Part shown: positions 14,391-22,804 of the stretch, one piece after another
How positions within the stretch are numbered: position 1 is the first letter of the stretch
Layout of the letters: each line of letters opens with the position of its first letter
Assembly: GCA_964534205.1 (NCBI GenBank)
Contig: CAZHQF010000002.1
Span: forward strand, 64,488 to 128,487
Reading direction: 5' to 3'
Source: an uncultured Candidatus Peribacteria bacterium
GTDB lineage: Bacteria > Patescibacteriota > Gracilibacteria > Peribacterales > Peribacteraceae
DNA: 64,000 nt
Program-made: the position numbers and the translations under genes
Notes under the pieces: generated by a model
What the model was told of the DNA's origin: nothing
Databases searched by the model: none
The model's input: the letters and a program-made list of their open reading frames with translations, nothing else

Positions 14391-14777
14391 TTATTCCTTC
14401 TTTCCCTGCATCGTCATCAGCGCCGGCGTCACCATCCCGAGCAGTGTTCCTCCCACGTACCCAAGTACGCCCGAGAGCAGGATGAAGAAGATGCTCTCCA
14501 ATTTGCTCAGTCTGTTCTTTTTCCAGGCGATAAGAATTGCGAGCAGCAGAGAGCCTGCCGTAGAGACGATCGTTGCTACCTGATTGCTGAGCGCGTACCC
14601 CTGTTCAAGCGTCAGGGTCGGCTGAAACAGCGGCACCACCATCACGATGACCACTCCCAGAAGCGCAGTACCCAAGAAGGCAGTGATATAGAACCCGAGC
14701 ATCTGCAAAAATGTGTGCGGATGACGCAGATTCAGGAATGCGGGAAGGGTCATAGATTTCACTGTAGCACACGCCAT
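14391..14777 (-). CDS. Small polytopic membrane protein (start uncertain: 14777 or 14753)
   Basis: Three or four hydrophobic helices. The longer start at 14819 would overlap the divergent promoter. Confidence 0.55.
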   Translation of the reverse strand: MACATVKSMTLPAFLNLRHPHTFLQMLGFYITAFLGTALLGVVIVMVVPLFQPTLTLEQGYALSNQVATIVSTAGSLLLAILIAWKKNRLSKLESIFFILLSGVLGYVGGTLLGMVTPALMTMQGKKE

Positions 14778-14799
14778 TTTGTCATTCCGTAGTACTACG

Positions 14800-14827
14800 T
14801 TGACACAATAAAATTTCACCGTAGAAT
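14800..14827 (+). promoter_or_regulatory. Near-consensus sigma70 promoter
   Basis: TTGACA, 16 nt, TAGAAT. Confidence 0.6.
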
Positions 14828-14849
14828 GAATGTCACTTTCCTTTTTTCC

Positions 14850-15041
14850 ATGATCGAAAGCTCACCTGTCGCTTCCAAAATTAATGACATGAAAAACGGC
14901 GACCCGAGGACTGTGAAGCCAGTTGCAAGGAATCTGCTTGATCAGCTTGAAGGTCAGCGCGATCTCCCAGGAGGTGAGATTGATCAGCAGAACTTCGATA
15001 TCCCGCTGCTTCGAACGTTTATTCAGACTCTTCCAAAATAA
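14850..15041 (+). CDS. Small hypothetical protein (63 aa), translationally coupled to the downstream TrpR/YerC-like gene
   Basis: ATG at 14850 follows ctttccttttttcc. Stop TAA shares its A with the next ATG (TAATG at 15039-15043). Confidence 0.45.
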   Translation: MIESSPVASKINDMKNGDPRTVKPVARNLLDQLEGQRDLPGGEIDQQNFDIPLLRTFIQTLPK

Positions 15042-15559
15042 TGAAGATCCGCAAGCGCTTCACCGAGGATAGCTATCGCAAGGAGCCGTGGTTCCGTGCG
15101 GTGTGCGATGCGCTGCTTTCCTGCAAGAATGAGGAGGAAATGGCCGATTTCCTGCGTGATATCGGTACATTGAGTGAACTGCAGGCCTGGGGTGAGCGTC
15201 TGGAAGTGGCCAAAAACCTCGCCAAGGGCTTAAGCTACCGCGATGTCGCTGCGATGACCGGTGCCAGCACCACAACCGTAACGCGTGTTGCCCGTTTTAT
15301 CGAGAACGGACCGGGCGGCTACCGGAAATATCTGCAGGTCCACAGGCATCATCGCATGGGTGCCCAGATGAAATCCCCATCTTCACAGAGCGGGTTTTCT
15401 ACCCGCGGAACAGAGGACAGGGGAGGGGAGCCTGCAGCAATGATTGCTCAGGAGATCAAAGACCGTAATGTTGAATCGGCTTTACATGCAGAATTTCCCG
15501 AGAGAAATGGACATAAAAATATTTCAGTATTACAAAAGTATTTAGATAAGAAAAATTAA
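15041..15559 (+). CDS. TrpR-related YerC/YecD-family DNA-binding protein with a ~70-aa C-terminal extension
   Basis: LLSCKNEEEMADFLRDIGTLSELQAWGERLEVAKNLAKGLSYRDVAAMTGASTTTVTRVARFIENGPGGY matches the YerC/YecD pattern. Confidence 0.8.
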   Translation: MKIRKRFTEDSYRKEPWFRAVCDALLSCKNEEEMADFLRDIGTLSELQAWGERLEVAKNLAKGLSYRDVAAMTGASTTTVTRVARFIENGPGGYRKYLQVHRHHRMGAQMKSPSSQSGFSTRGTEDRGGEPAAMIAQEIKDRNVESALHAEFPERNGHKNISVLQKYLDKKN

Positions 15560-15618
15560 CATTACCAATTCAGAGTTTGCACAAAATATGTGATCGGGAT
15601 TTTCCTCTGTGTAATGAC

Positions 15619-15675
15619 AGGGGACAGGGGATTGGACTTAAAAACCACCTCCCACTCCCCTCTTGTATTTGTATT
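15619..15675 (+). terminator. Imperfect G-rich/C-rich hairpin followed by a T-rich tract
   Basis: aggggacaggggattgg ... ccacctcccactcccct, then tcttgtatttgtatt. Confidence 0.45.
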
Positions 15676-15689
15676 AACGTAGTAAAACA

Positions 15690-15718
15690 TTGACTCACCT
15701 TCGTGCCCAGCCTACAAT
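15690..15718 (+). promoter_or_regulatory. Near-consensus sigma70 promoter
   Basis: TTGACT, 17 nt, TACAAT. Followed by a ~230-nt leader. Confidence 0.6.
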
Positions 15719-15953
15719 TCAAGTATTCACAGTCCTCTCCCCGCTGTTTCCTCAGTCACTACGGAGAGCAGGCACTACATATGAGTCTTTTGGTCTCTAC
15801 CCGTCGGCAGCATCATTCTCTCTTCCCTCGTGCGGAGAGGATGGCGTCGGCGTAATCAATTCTTCCGACCGACTTCACCCCCTCCTCACGGAGGTTGTTT
15901 GCGTGTGTTGCGCAGACAAGTGATCGGTCTTTGTGTTCACCGGAGGAAAGATC

Positions 15954-16232
15954 ATGAACAGCATCCTGCAGGCATTGCGTGAGTGGATGAATGCTCCTGA
16001 GGCCGAGCTTGTGGCTGCCCTGGAGGCGGTCGTCCATCCGCTGTGGCTCGAGAGCAATCCGGATCTGCTTGTCCATCCCAGAGACACAGTCGATCCGGAG
16101 ACGCTCGGCATGCATCAGAATTGGACATTCATTGTCCTGCCCTTCCGTGAAGTGCGGTTCCGCGGCGCTTGCATCTATCTCTTTCAGTTCCACATCGATG
16201 AGCTGCTGGGGATCAAGGGAAGCGTCCGGTAA
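15954..16232 (+). CDS. Hypothetical protein (92 aa)
   Basis: Canonical SD cGGAGGaaagatcATG. The antisense ORF 15813..16193 is judged a shadow. Confidence 0.5.
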   Translation: MNSILQALREWMNAPEAELVAALEAVVHPLWLESNPDLLVHPRDTVDPETLGMHQNWTFIVLPFREVRFRGACIYLFQFHIDELLGIKGSVR

Positions 16233-16306
16233 ACCGGCACACGAGCAACCCGTTCACTACCCCGATTCCTTCACTGGGATCGGGGCTTTTTCTGTAGAAT
16301 AAATCC

Positions 16307-17341
16307 GTGCTCCACGATCACTTCCTCCACCGCTGCCTCACCCTCGCCTCTCTTGGGCGCGGCCATGTGGGAAACGGGGCCATGGTTGGCGCTGTACTCG
16401 TCCGTAACGGTCAAATCATCGCCGAAGGCATCCACAGGGGCTTTGGTCAGCCCCATGCCGAGCGTGACCTCCTGGAAAACTACGATGGTCCCATAGAACC
16501 TCAAGACATCCTCTATGTGAACCTGGAGCCGTGTTGTCACCAGGGAAAGACGCCGCCGTGTACGGAGATCATCCTGGAACGCGGGGTCAGGCACATGGTC
16601 TACGGTATGCACGATCCGGATTCCAGAGTATCCGGAAAAGGAAGAGCCCTATTACAAGCCAAAAAAGTTACTGTCGTGGGTCCCTATCTGCGTGCACACT
16701 GTGAATGGTTCAACCGCGGATTCATTACTGTCCGAGCGCATGGTCGTCCCTGGATCACCCTCAAGTCCGCACGAACACCTGATGGCAGGATTGCCTATCC
16801 AGATAGGTCTCCGCTTATGATTACATCCCCGGAACAGAATGCCTGGTCGCATCAGATGCTGCGGGCACGGCACGATGCCATCCTGGTCGGGGTGGGCACA
16901 ATCCTCACGGATAATCCCCTCTTGAATGTTCGATTGAATTATCACGGAGCCCTTCCTGAAAAGAAAAATTCTATGAACACTAAAATTGATCAATTTCACC
17001 CCCTGCGTGTCATTCTGGATCCACATCTGCGTACTCCGGAGTCAGCGACTGTTGTCACCGATGCAAGGCCGCATGACACGGTCATCATCGTCGATCCGGA
17101 CAGTGCCGAGCCCGACACCATCCGCTTCTTCCAGGGGCTCGGTGTCCATGTTCAGGCTGTGGTGATGAATGACGGCATCTTCGACTGGGCTTCACTCTGG
17201 TCTGTCCTCACCACTCCAGCCGGGGACTATCACGGCATCACGTCTATCCTCGTTGAAGGTGGTCAGAAGACGTGGGATGTGTTTGGGTCTTCTGGCTTCG
17301 TTGACGAGGAAGTCACTTTGATTGGTTCAAAGCAAGGTTGA
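16307..17341 (+). CDS. ribD: Bifunctional riboflavin biosynthesis protein RibD (pyrimidine deaminase/uracil reductase)
   Basis: Deaminase zinc motifs HAE and PCxxC-like EPCCHQGKTPPC. C-terminal reductase domain GRPWITLKSARTPDGRIA. Confidence 0.88.
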   Translation: MLHDHFLHRCLTLASLGRGHVGNGAMVGAVLVRNGQIIAEGIHRGFGQPHAERDLLENYDGPIEPQDILYVNLEPCCHQGKTPPCTEIILERGVRHMVYGMHDPDSRVSGKGRALLQAKKVTVVGPYLRAHCEWFNRGFITVRAHGRPWITLKSARTPDGRIAYPDRSPLMITSPEQNAWSHQMLRARHDAILVGVGTILTDNPLLNVRLNYHGALPEKKNSMNTKIDQFHPLRVILDPHLRTPESATVVTDARPHDTVIIVDPDSAEPDTIRFFQGLGVHVQAVVMNDGIFDWASLWSVLTTPAGDYHGITSILVEGGQKTWDVFGSSGFVDEEVTLIGSKQG

Positions 17342-17527
17342 GGTTCCGTGCATGAGTGATGCGCGCACACTGTTGCTGATCAGCCCGATTCTGTGGTGAT
17401 CCATGCCTCCTATTGTGAGGTGCTCATGAGGCCCCTGCAGTGCGTGACCATTCTCGGGTTGTGAGAATGTTCCAAGATGCAGGTCAGGGAGCTCATGGTC
17501 CGGATCTCTGTAGTTTTCGCGTGACAT
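17327..17527 (-). CDS. Possible small His-rich hypothetical protein
   Basis: 66-aa ORF preceded by ctttttcctcacgcgcctATG, the pyrimidine context typical of this window. Overlaps the ribD 3' end by 15 nt. No homology recognised. Confidence 0.25.
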   Translation of the reverse strand: MSRENYRDPDHELPDLHLGTFSQPENGHALQGPHEHLTIGGMDHHRIGLISNSVRASLMHGTSTLL

Positions 17528-17600
17528 AGGCGCGTGAGGAAAAAGCGCGATGTCTTATACGCTGATATTGCCTCTTTTTCAATGGTATTGCGCCAAATCC

Positions 17601-18275
17601 TTACAGTTTTGCCATAATTTTCTGGCCGAATCTGTATGCCCGGAGGAAGAGGCGGTTCCACAGCGGGATCGATCCGTCTTTGGCGTATCTGCGGACGTGC
17701 TTCACAAATCCTCGGCCTTTCTTCTCTGTCTTTTTGAGTGCCTGGGGGCGCTGGTCGAGGACCACACCGAATCTGCCGCGCCCCAGCATCGCCTTGCCTT
17801 CGTAGTGCTTGCCCATAGGCGTGCCGCCGAAGTACCGGATGGATTCCGGGAGGTGCAGTGTCGTCAGTCTCATCAGACCCTTCCAAGCCGGCACTGGTGC
17901 GCCACCGGTGAAGAGGAAGTAAAACGGCTTATTCTTGAGGAGCCCCTTGGAGCGTGTCTCTGCGTCCAGGGCGAACGTCCCCATACGGTCGATCAGGTTT
18001 TTGAGGTGCGCCGGAATAGAGAAATTCCAGATGGGTGTCGCGATCACAACACCGTCGGCATCGTCCATCTCCTTTTTGAGCCGGTCATACCCGAGACCCT
18101 GCTTTGTCCTGGGGTCGTAGTGCGCGAGGGTGAAGTGCTCCAGTTCCAGCTCCTCCACGCGCAGCAGCTCACAGGTCACATCACCTTCCTGCTGCATGCC
18201 CCGGCAGAAGGCTTCCGCAAGGACGCCGGCGTTGCTGGGATTGTTGGTTCCTGCAACCAGGAGGAGCACGCGCAT
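17601..18275 (-). CDS. NAD(P)H-dependent FMN reductase / flavodoxin-like fold protein
   Basis: MRVLLLVAGTNNPSNAGVLAEAF ... DGVVIATPIWNFSIPAHLKNLIDR. Confidence 0.75.
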   Translation of the reverse strand: MRVLLLVAGTNNPSNAGVLAEAFCRGMQQEGDVTCELLRVEELELEHFTLAHYDPRTKQGLGYDRLKKEMDDADGVVIATPIWNFSIPAHLKNLIDRMGTFALDAETRSKGLLKNKPFYFLFTGGAPVPAWKGLMRLTTLHLPESIRYFGGTPMGKHYEGKAMLGRGRFGVVLDQRPQALKKTEKKGRGFVKHVRRYAKDGSIPLWNRLFLRAYRFGQKIMAKL

Positions 18276-18587
18276 GCGCTGAGTGTACCTACGGAACACA
18301 CATTCTCACCACGTGTTTTGATGGGTCTCTGACCTGCATGCATTCCACAATCCGAAAACGCGCCGGAGGCAAGGAGGTTTTTCCGGTTGCATCATCCTGG
18401 TGATTGAGTTGCCGTGATGGAATTTCCGCGTCATCATTGTGCCCTTTTTCGTGACAGCAGAGCGGCCATTTCGGGGTCGACCCGTGTCAGACAACGCCGG
18501 GTTGACCGTCTCCGGTGATAACAATAGCTTGTGTCGTTGTCACAGCAGGTACAACTACCTGTTGTGTTTCCTTTCCCTCCCACACCG

Positions 18588-21500
18588 ATGAATCCCAAGG
18601 CCGCTTCCGCCGCTTCTGACGCCCTCACCCGCACCGATGGACGCAGGGCGGAAGGACTTGCCGTGAACGGTGGCGAACGGAGCATCCCTCCCATGGAGCA
18701 GGAGCGCGCACGCAAGGGGACGGGAAAGGGGCTCACGATCCCGCGCGTATTCACGACGCCGGGCAGTGATCCCTTGGATGAGATCCGGTACGAGATGCGC
18801 ACCAGCCGCATCGTGAACACCGACGGCTCGGTGGTCTTCGAGATGCAGAACGCCGAGATCCCGGCCGACTGGAGCCAGGTAGCCACCGATATCATGGTCA
18901 GCAAGTACTTCCGCAAGGCGGGTGTGCCGCAGACCGATGCCCAGGGCAATGTGCTGCGCAACGATAAGGGGGAGGTCATCACGGGGCCCGAGCGTTCCGC
19001 CCGCCAGGTGATGCGCCGCCTCGCAGGCTGCTGGAGATTCTGGGGACAGAAGTACGGGTACTTCGAGACCGCGCAGGACGCCCAGGCCTTCGAGGACGAG
19101 CTCTCCTACATGCTCATCCGCCAGATGGCCGCTCCCAACAGCCCCCAGTGGTTCAACACGGGCCTGCACTATGCGTACGGCATCACGGGTCCGGCCCAGG
19201 GGCACTACTACTGCGATCCCATCACGGGCGAGGTGCGCAAGAGCGAGGACGCCTACACACATCCCCAACCGCACGCCTGCTTCATCCAGAGCGTGGGTGA
19301 CGATATGGTCAATGAGGGCGGCATCATGGACCTGTGGGTCCGCGAGGCGCGCCTGTTCAAGTTCGGATCCGGCACCGGCACCAACTTCTCAAAACTCCGC
19401 GGAGCAGGGGAGCCGCTGTCCGGTGGCGGCAAGAGCTCGGGTCTCATGAGTTTCCTCAAGATCGGCGATCGTGCCGCCGGAGCCATCAAGTCCGGGGGCA
19501 CCACGCGTCGCGCCGCCAAGATGGTCTGTCTCGATCTCGATCACCCGGATATCGAGGAGTTCGTGAATTGGAAGGTCAACGAGGAGAAGAAAGTGGCTGC
19601 GATGGCCGCCGCCGGCTACGACACGGACTTCAACGGTGAGGCGTATTCCACCGTCTCCGGTCAGAATTCCAACAACTCCGTCCGCATCGCCCACGACTTC
19701 TTCGAGGCTGTCGAGAAGGATGGTGACTGGAATCTCTATTGGCGTACCGAACTCAAGAAGGCTCAGCGCGAAGGTCGCGAAGCCAAGCCCAGCAAGACGC
19801 TCAAGGCCAGAAAGCTCTGGGAGCAGATCGGCTACGCCGCATGGGCGTGTGCCGACCCGGGTGTGCAGTACGACACCACCATCAACGACTGGCACACCTG
19901 CCCGGCCGACGGACGCATCAATGCGTCTAACCCCTGCAGCGAGTACATGTTCCTCGATAACACCGCCTGCAACCTGGCATCCCTCAACCTGCTCAAGTTC
20001 TACGATGCCGAGCACGGGACGTTCGAGGTGGAGAAGTACAAACATGCCGTGCGCCTGTGGACCGTGGTGCTCGAGATCTCCGTGCTCATGGCCCAGTTCC
20101 CGAGCAAGGAGATCGCCGAACTCAGCTACACGTTCCGCACGCTCGGTCTCGGGTACGCCAACCTGGGTGCCATGCTGATGCGCATGGGCATTCCGTACGA
20201 TTCTCCCAAGGGGCGTGCCATCTGCGCGGCGCTCACCGCCATCATGACGGGCGAGAGCTACGTCACCTCCGCGGAGATGGCCGAATCGCTCGGGACGTTC
20301 AGCGGCTTTGAGCGCAACCGCGAGCACATGCTCCGCGTGATGCGCAACCACCGCCGTGCCGCCTACAATGTGCCCGTCAACGAGTACGAGTCGCTCGCGG
20401 TCCCTCCCGTCGGTATCGATCAGGAAGTCTGCCCGCCGGCCATGCTCACCGCTGCCAAGGAGGCCTGGGACAAGGCGCTCGCCAAGGGCGAGAAGTTTGG
20501 CTACCGCAACGCGCAGGTCACCGTCATCGCGCCCACGGGCACCATCGGTCTGCTGATGGATTGCGATACCACCGGCGTGGAGCCGGACTTCGCGCTCGTG
20601 AAATTCAAGAAGCTCGCAGGCGGCGGCTATATGAAGATCGCCAACCAGTCGGTGGCACCGGCCATGCGCGCTCTCGGCTACGGCCAGAAGGAAGTCACCG
20701 ACATCATGAACTACGTCATGGGCACGCTCTCGCTCAAGGGGGCACCGCACGTCAATGCCGAGACGCTCAGGGCGCGAGGCTTCACCGATGACGAGATCGC
20801 CAAAATCGAGAAGCAGCTCCCGCAGGTCTTCGAGCTGGGGTTCGCGTTCAACCGCTGGATCCTCGGCGATGCCACGCTCACGCGCCTGGGCATCACCGAT
20901 GAGCAGATGAAAGATCCGTCCTTCAGTCTGCTGCGCGCACTCGGCTTTACCCAGGAGCAGCTCGATGAGGCCAACCAGCACATCTGCGGCCGCATGACGG
21001 TGGAGGGTGCACCGCATCTGAAGCCCGAGCATCTCCCCGTCTTCGACTGCGCCAACAAGTGCGGCAAACTCGGCAAGCGCTACATCGCCGCCGAGGGGCA
21101 CATCCGCATGATGGCCGCCTCGCAGCCGTTCATCAGCGGGGCGATCTCTAAAACCATCAACCTCCCGAACGATGCCACGCTTGAGGACATCATGAATGCG
21201 TATCTCCTCAGCTGGAAGCTCGGACTCAAGGCCAACGCGCTCTACCGCGACGGCAGCAAGCTCTCGCAAGCCCTCTCCAACGTGTCGGACAGCAAGAAAT
21301 CCAAAGCGAAGGAGATGGAAGTCAAAACCGTTACCGTGGAGAAAATCGTCGTCAAAGAGGTGCCGCGCCGCCGCAAGCTCCCGGAGGAGCGCATGGCCAT
21401 TGCCCACAAGTTCTCCGTGGCCGGGCACGAAGGCTACGTGCACGTGGGTATGTACGAGGACGGCTCCCCGGGTGAACTCTTCATCAAGATGAGCAAGGAG

Positions 21501-22025
21501 GGTTCCACGCTCTCGGGTGTGATGGACACGCTCGCACTCAGCATCTCCATGAACCTGCAGTACGGCGTGCCGCTGGAAGTGCTCTGCGAGAAGCTGGTAC
21601 ACACCCGCTTTGAGCCCATGGGCATGACCACCAACAAGGAGATCCCGATGGTGAAAAGCATCATGGATTACCTCGGCCGCTGGCTGGCGCTCAAGTTCCT
21701 GACGAAGACCCAAGCCAAGACCTTCCACAACGGCGACCTGGTGGACCGCGCCTACGCCACCGGTACCAAGAGCCGCGATGCGTTCGCCATGCGCCTTCCG
21801 GTGATCGATGAGGGTGCACCCGCTGTGATGGATGAACTCGTCTCCACGGCGGCATCCGTGTCCATGGAGGAGGATTCCGAAAGCACAGCCGCGGACAAGG
21901 CCGCGCAGGCCAAGCTCCAGGGGTTCACCGGCTCCGTCTGCGGAGGCTGCGGCAGCCTCAAAATGAAACGCAACGGCTCCTGCGAGCTCTGTCTCGACTG
22001 CGGAGCCACCTCTGGTTGTTCGTAA
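18588..22025 (+). CDS. nrdJ: Class II (adenosylcobalamin-dependent) ribonucleotide reductase
   Basis: About 1145 aa. NPCSEYMFLDNTACNLASLNL active-site region, TGTIGLLMDCDTTGVEPDFA, and a C-terminal CGGCGS...CELCLDCG tail. Confidence 0.92.
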   Translation: MNPKAASAASDALTRTDGRRAEGLAVNGGERSIPPMEQERARKGTGKGLTIPRVFTTPGSDPLDEIRYEMRTSRIVNTDGSVVFEMQNAEIPADWSQVATDIMVSKYFRKAGVPQTDAQGNVLRNDKGEVITGPERSARQVMRRLAGCWRFWGQKYGYFETAQDAQAFEDELSYMLIRQMAAPNSPQWFNTGLHYAYGITGPAQGHYYCDPITGEVRKSEDAYTHPQPHACFIQSVGDDMVNEGGIMDLWVREARLFKFGSGTGTNFSKLRGAGEPLSGGGKSSGLMSFLKIGDRAAGAIKSGGTTRRAAKMVCLDLDHPDIEEFVNWKVNEEKKVAAMAAAGYDTDFNGEAYSTVSGQNSNNSVRIAHDFFEAVEKDGDWNLYWRTELKKAQREGREAKPSKTLKARKLWEQIGYAAWACADPGVQYDTTINDWHTCPADGRINASNPCSEYMFLDNTACNLASLNLLKFYDAEHGTFEVEKYKHAVRLWTVVLEISVLMAQFPSKEIAELSYTFRTLGLGYANLGAMLMRMGIPYDSPKGRAICAALTAIMTGESYVTSAEMAESLGTFSGFERNREHMLRVMRNHRRAAYNVPVNEYESLAVPPVGIDQEVCPPAMLTAAKEAWDKALAKGEKFGYRNAQVTVIAPTGTIGLLMDCDTTGVEPDFALVKFKKLAGGGYMKIANQSVAPAMRALGYGQKEVTDIMNYVMGTLSLKGAPHVNAETLRARGFTDDEIAKIEKQLPQVFELGFAFNRWILGDATLTRLGITDEQMKDPSFSLLRALGFTQEQLDEANQHICGRMTVEGAPHLKPEHLPVFDCANKCGKLGKRYIAAEGHIRMMAASQPFISGAISKTINLPNDATLEDIMNAYLLSWKLGLKANALYRDGSKLSQALSNVSDSKKSKAKEMEVKTVTVEKIVVKEVPRRRKLPEERMAIAHKFSVAGHEGYVHVGMYEDGSPGELFIKMSKEGSTLSGVMDTLALSISMNLQYGVPLEVLCEKLVHTRFEPMGMTTNKEIPMVKSIMDYLGRWLALKFLTKTQAKTFHNGDLVDRAYATGTKSRDAFAMRLPVIDEGAPAVMDELVSTAASVSMEEDSESTAADKAAQAKLQGFTGSVCGGCGSLKMKRNGSCELCLDCGATSGCS

Positions 22026-22219
22026 GAGCGACGCCCTGAGCCGCGTCGAAGGGCGGACAGACGTCCGGTTGCAGCTGAACGAACGAATAGAATCTCGGAT
22101 CGCGAATAGCGAATCGCGGATGACGGACAATATCCGCCATTCGCGATTCGTCATTCCGCTCTTTTGCCAGGCCTTGCCTGGCGGCGTACACTGACCGGTG
22201 ACTCTTTCCCCTTCTTTCC

Positions 22220-22381
22220 ATGAAGCAGGACTCCTGGCTCTATTCCGATAGCTTCCTCAAGCGCGCGTTTGCGATCTGGGGACATGCGACGGTGGCAGGC
22301 CTGATCATTGCCATCCCATTCTTCCTGTTGCAGATGCTGGCGCTCGGTGCAATCTTCGGCAACATGCAGATGGCTCCGTAA
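22220..22381 (+). CDS. Small membrane protein (53 aa), paralog 1
   Basis: MKQDSWLYSDSFLKRAFAIWGHATVAGLIIAIPFFLLQMLALGAIFGNMQMAP. Below the ORF-track size cutoff. The N-terminus is nearly identical to the next gene. Confidence 0.55.
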   Translation: MKQDSWLYSDSFLKRAFAIWGHATVAGLIIAIPFFLLQMLALGAIFGNMQMAP

Positions 22382-22414
22382 GGCGTTTTTGATTTTCCCT
22401 CTTCCTCCCTCCCT

Positions 22415-22678
22415 ATGAAGCAGGACTCCTGGCTCTATTCCGACAGCTTCCTCAAGCGCTGCTTTGCGTACTGGGGTTACATGATTGTGGCTAACCTCAT
22501 CATTACGATCCCGTTCATGATTCTTTGGGTCATGTTTGCGGCGATGTTCTTTGCGAGCTTTGCCACGCAGATGCAGAGAACCGATGACACGATGATGCAG
22601 TACGAACAGATGCCCGGGTTTGACGAGCTCCCTCCTGAAATTCAGGAACAGATCCGCGTGCAGCTCGAGGCACAATAA
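22415..22678 (+). CDS. Small membrane protein (87 aa), paralog 2
   Basis: MKQDSWLYSDSFLKRCFAYWGYMIVANLIITIPFMILWVMFAAMFFASF... Confidence 0.65.
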   Translation: MKQDSWLYSDSFLKRCFAYWGYMIVANLIITIPFMILWVMFAAMFFASFATQMQRTDDTMMQYEQMPGFDELPPEIQEQIRVQLEAQ

Positions 22679-22697
22679 TCTTGGCTTCCTCTGGAGA

Positions 22698-22730
22698 AGG
22701 AGACCGGGTCGTGGCCCCGTCTCCTTTTTC
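22698..22730 (+). terminator. Rho-independent terminator
   Basis: aaggagaccggg-loop-cccgtctcctt followed by TTTTT. Confidence 0.7.
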
Positions 22731-22731
22731 A

Positions 22732-22762
22732 TTTTCTGGCAAGCGCGACGCTTGCCAGAAAA
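22732..22762. repeat. Perfect 14-bp inverted repeat with a 3-nt loop
   Basis: ttttctggcaagcg cga cgcttgccagaaaa. Confidence 0.85.
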
Positions 22763-22804
22763 TGCCCCGAGCCGCGTCGAGGGGCATTGCGCTAGACTGT
22801 CTGC

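Noticed and set aside
15725-15953. FMN (RFN) riboswitch expected upstream of ribD
   Set aside because: I searched both strands by eye for the conserved RFN core strings and found no match. It is reported only as an unclassified leader.
18276-18587. Cobalamin riboswitch or canonical paired NrdR boxes upstream of nrdJ
   Set aside because: No B12-box-like AGYCMGGAGACCKGCC in the correct orientation. The palindromes do not have the usual NrdR box sequence or spacing.
18588-22025. Intein or intron insertion in the long NrdJ (also considered for GyrB, RpoC and AtpA)
   Set aside because: No Cys/Ser…HN-Cys/Ser/Thr splice-junction blocks or homing-endonuclease motifs were seen. The conserved blocks are contiguous, and the length fits long-form class II reductases with a C-terminal Cys-rich tail.
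19389-22154. 921-aa minus-strand ORF opposite nrdJ
   Set aside because: Antisense shadow of the ribonucleotide reductase.
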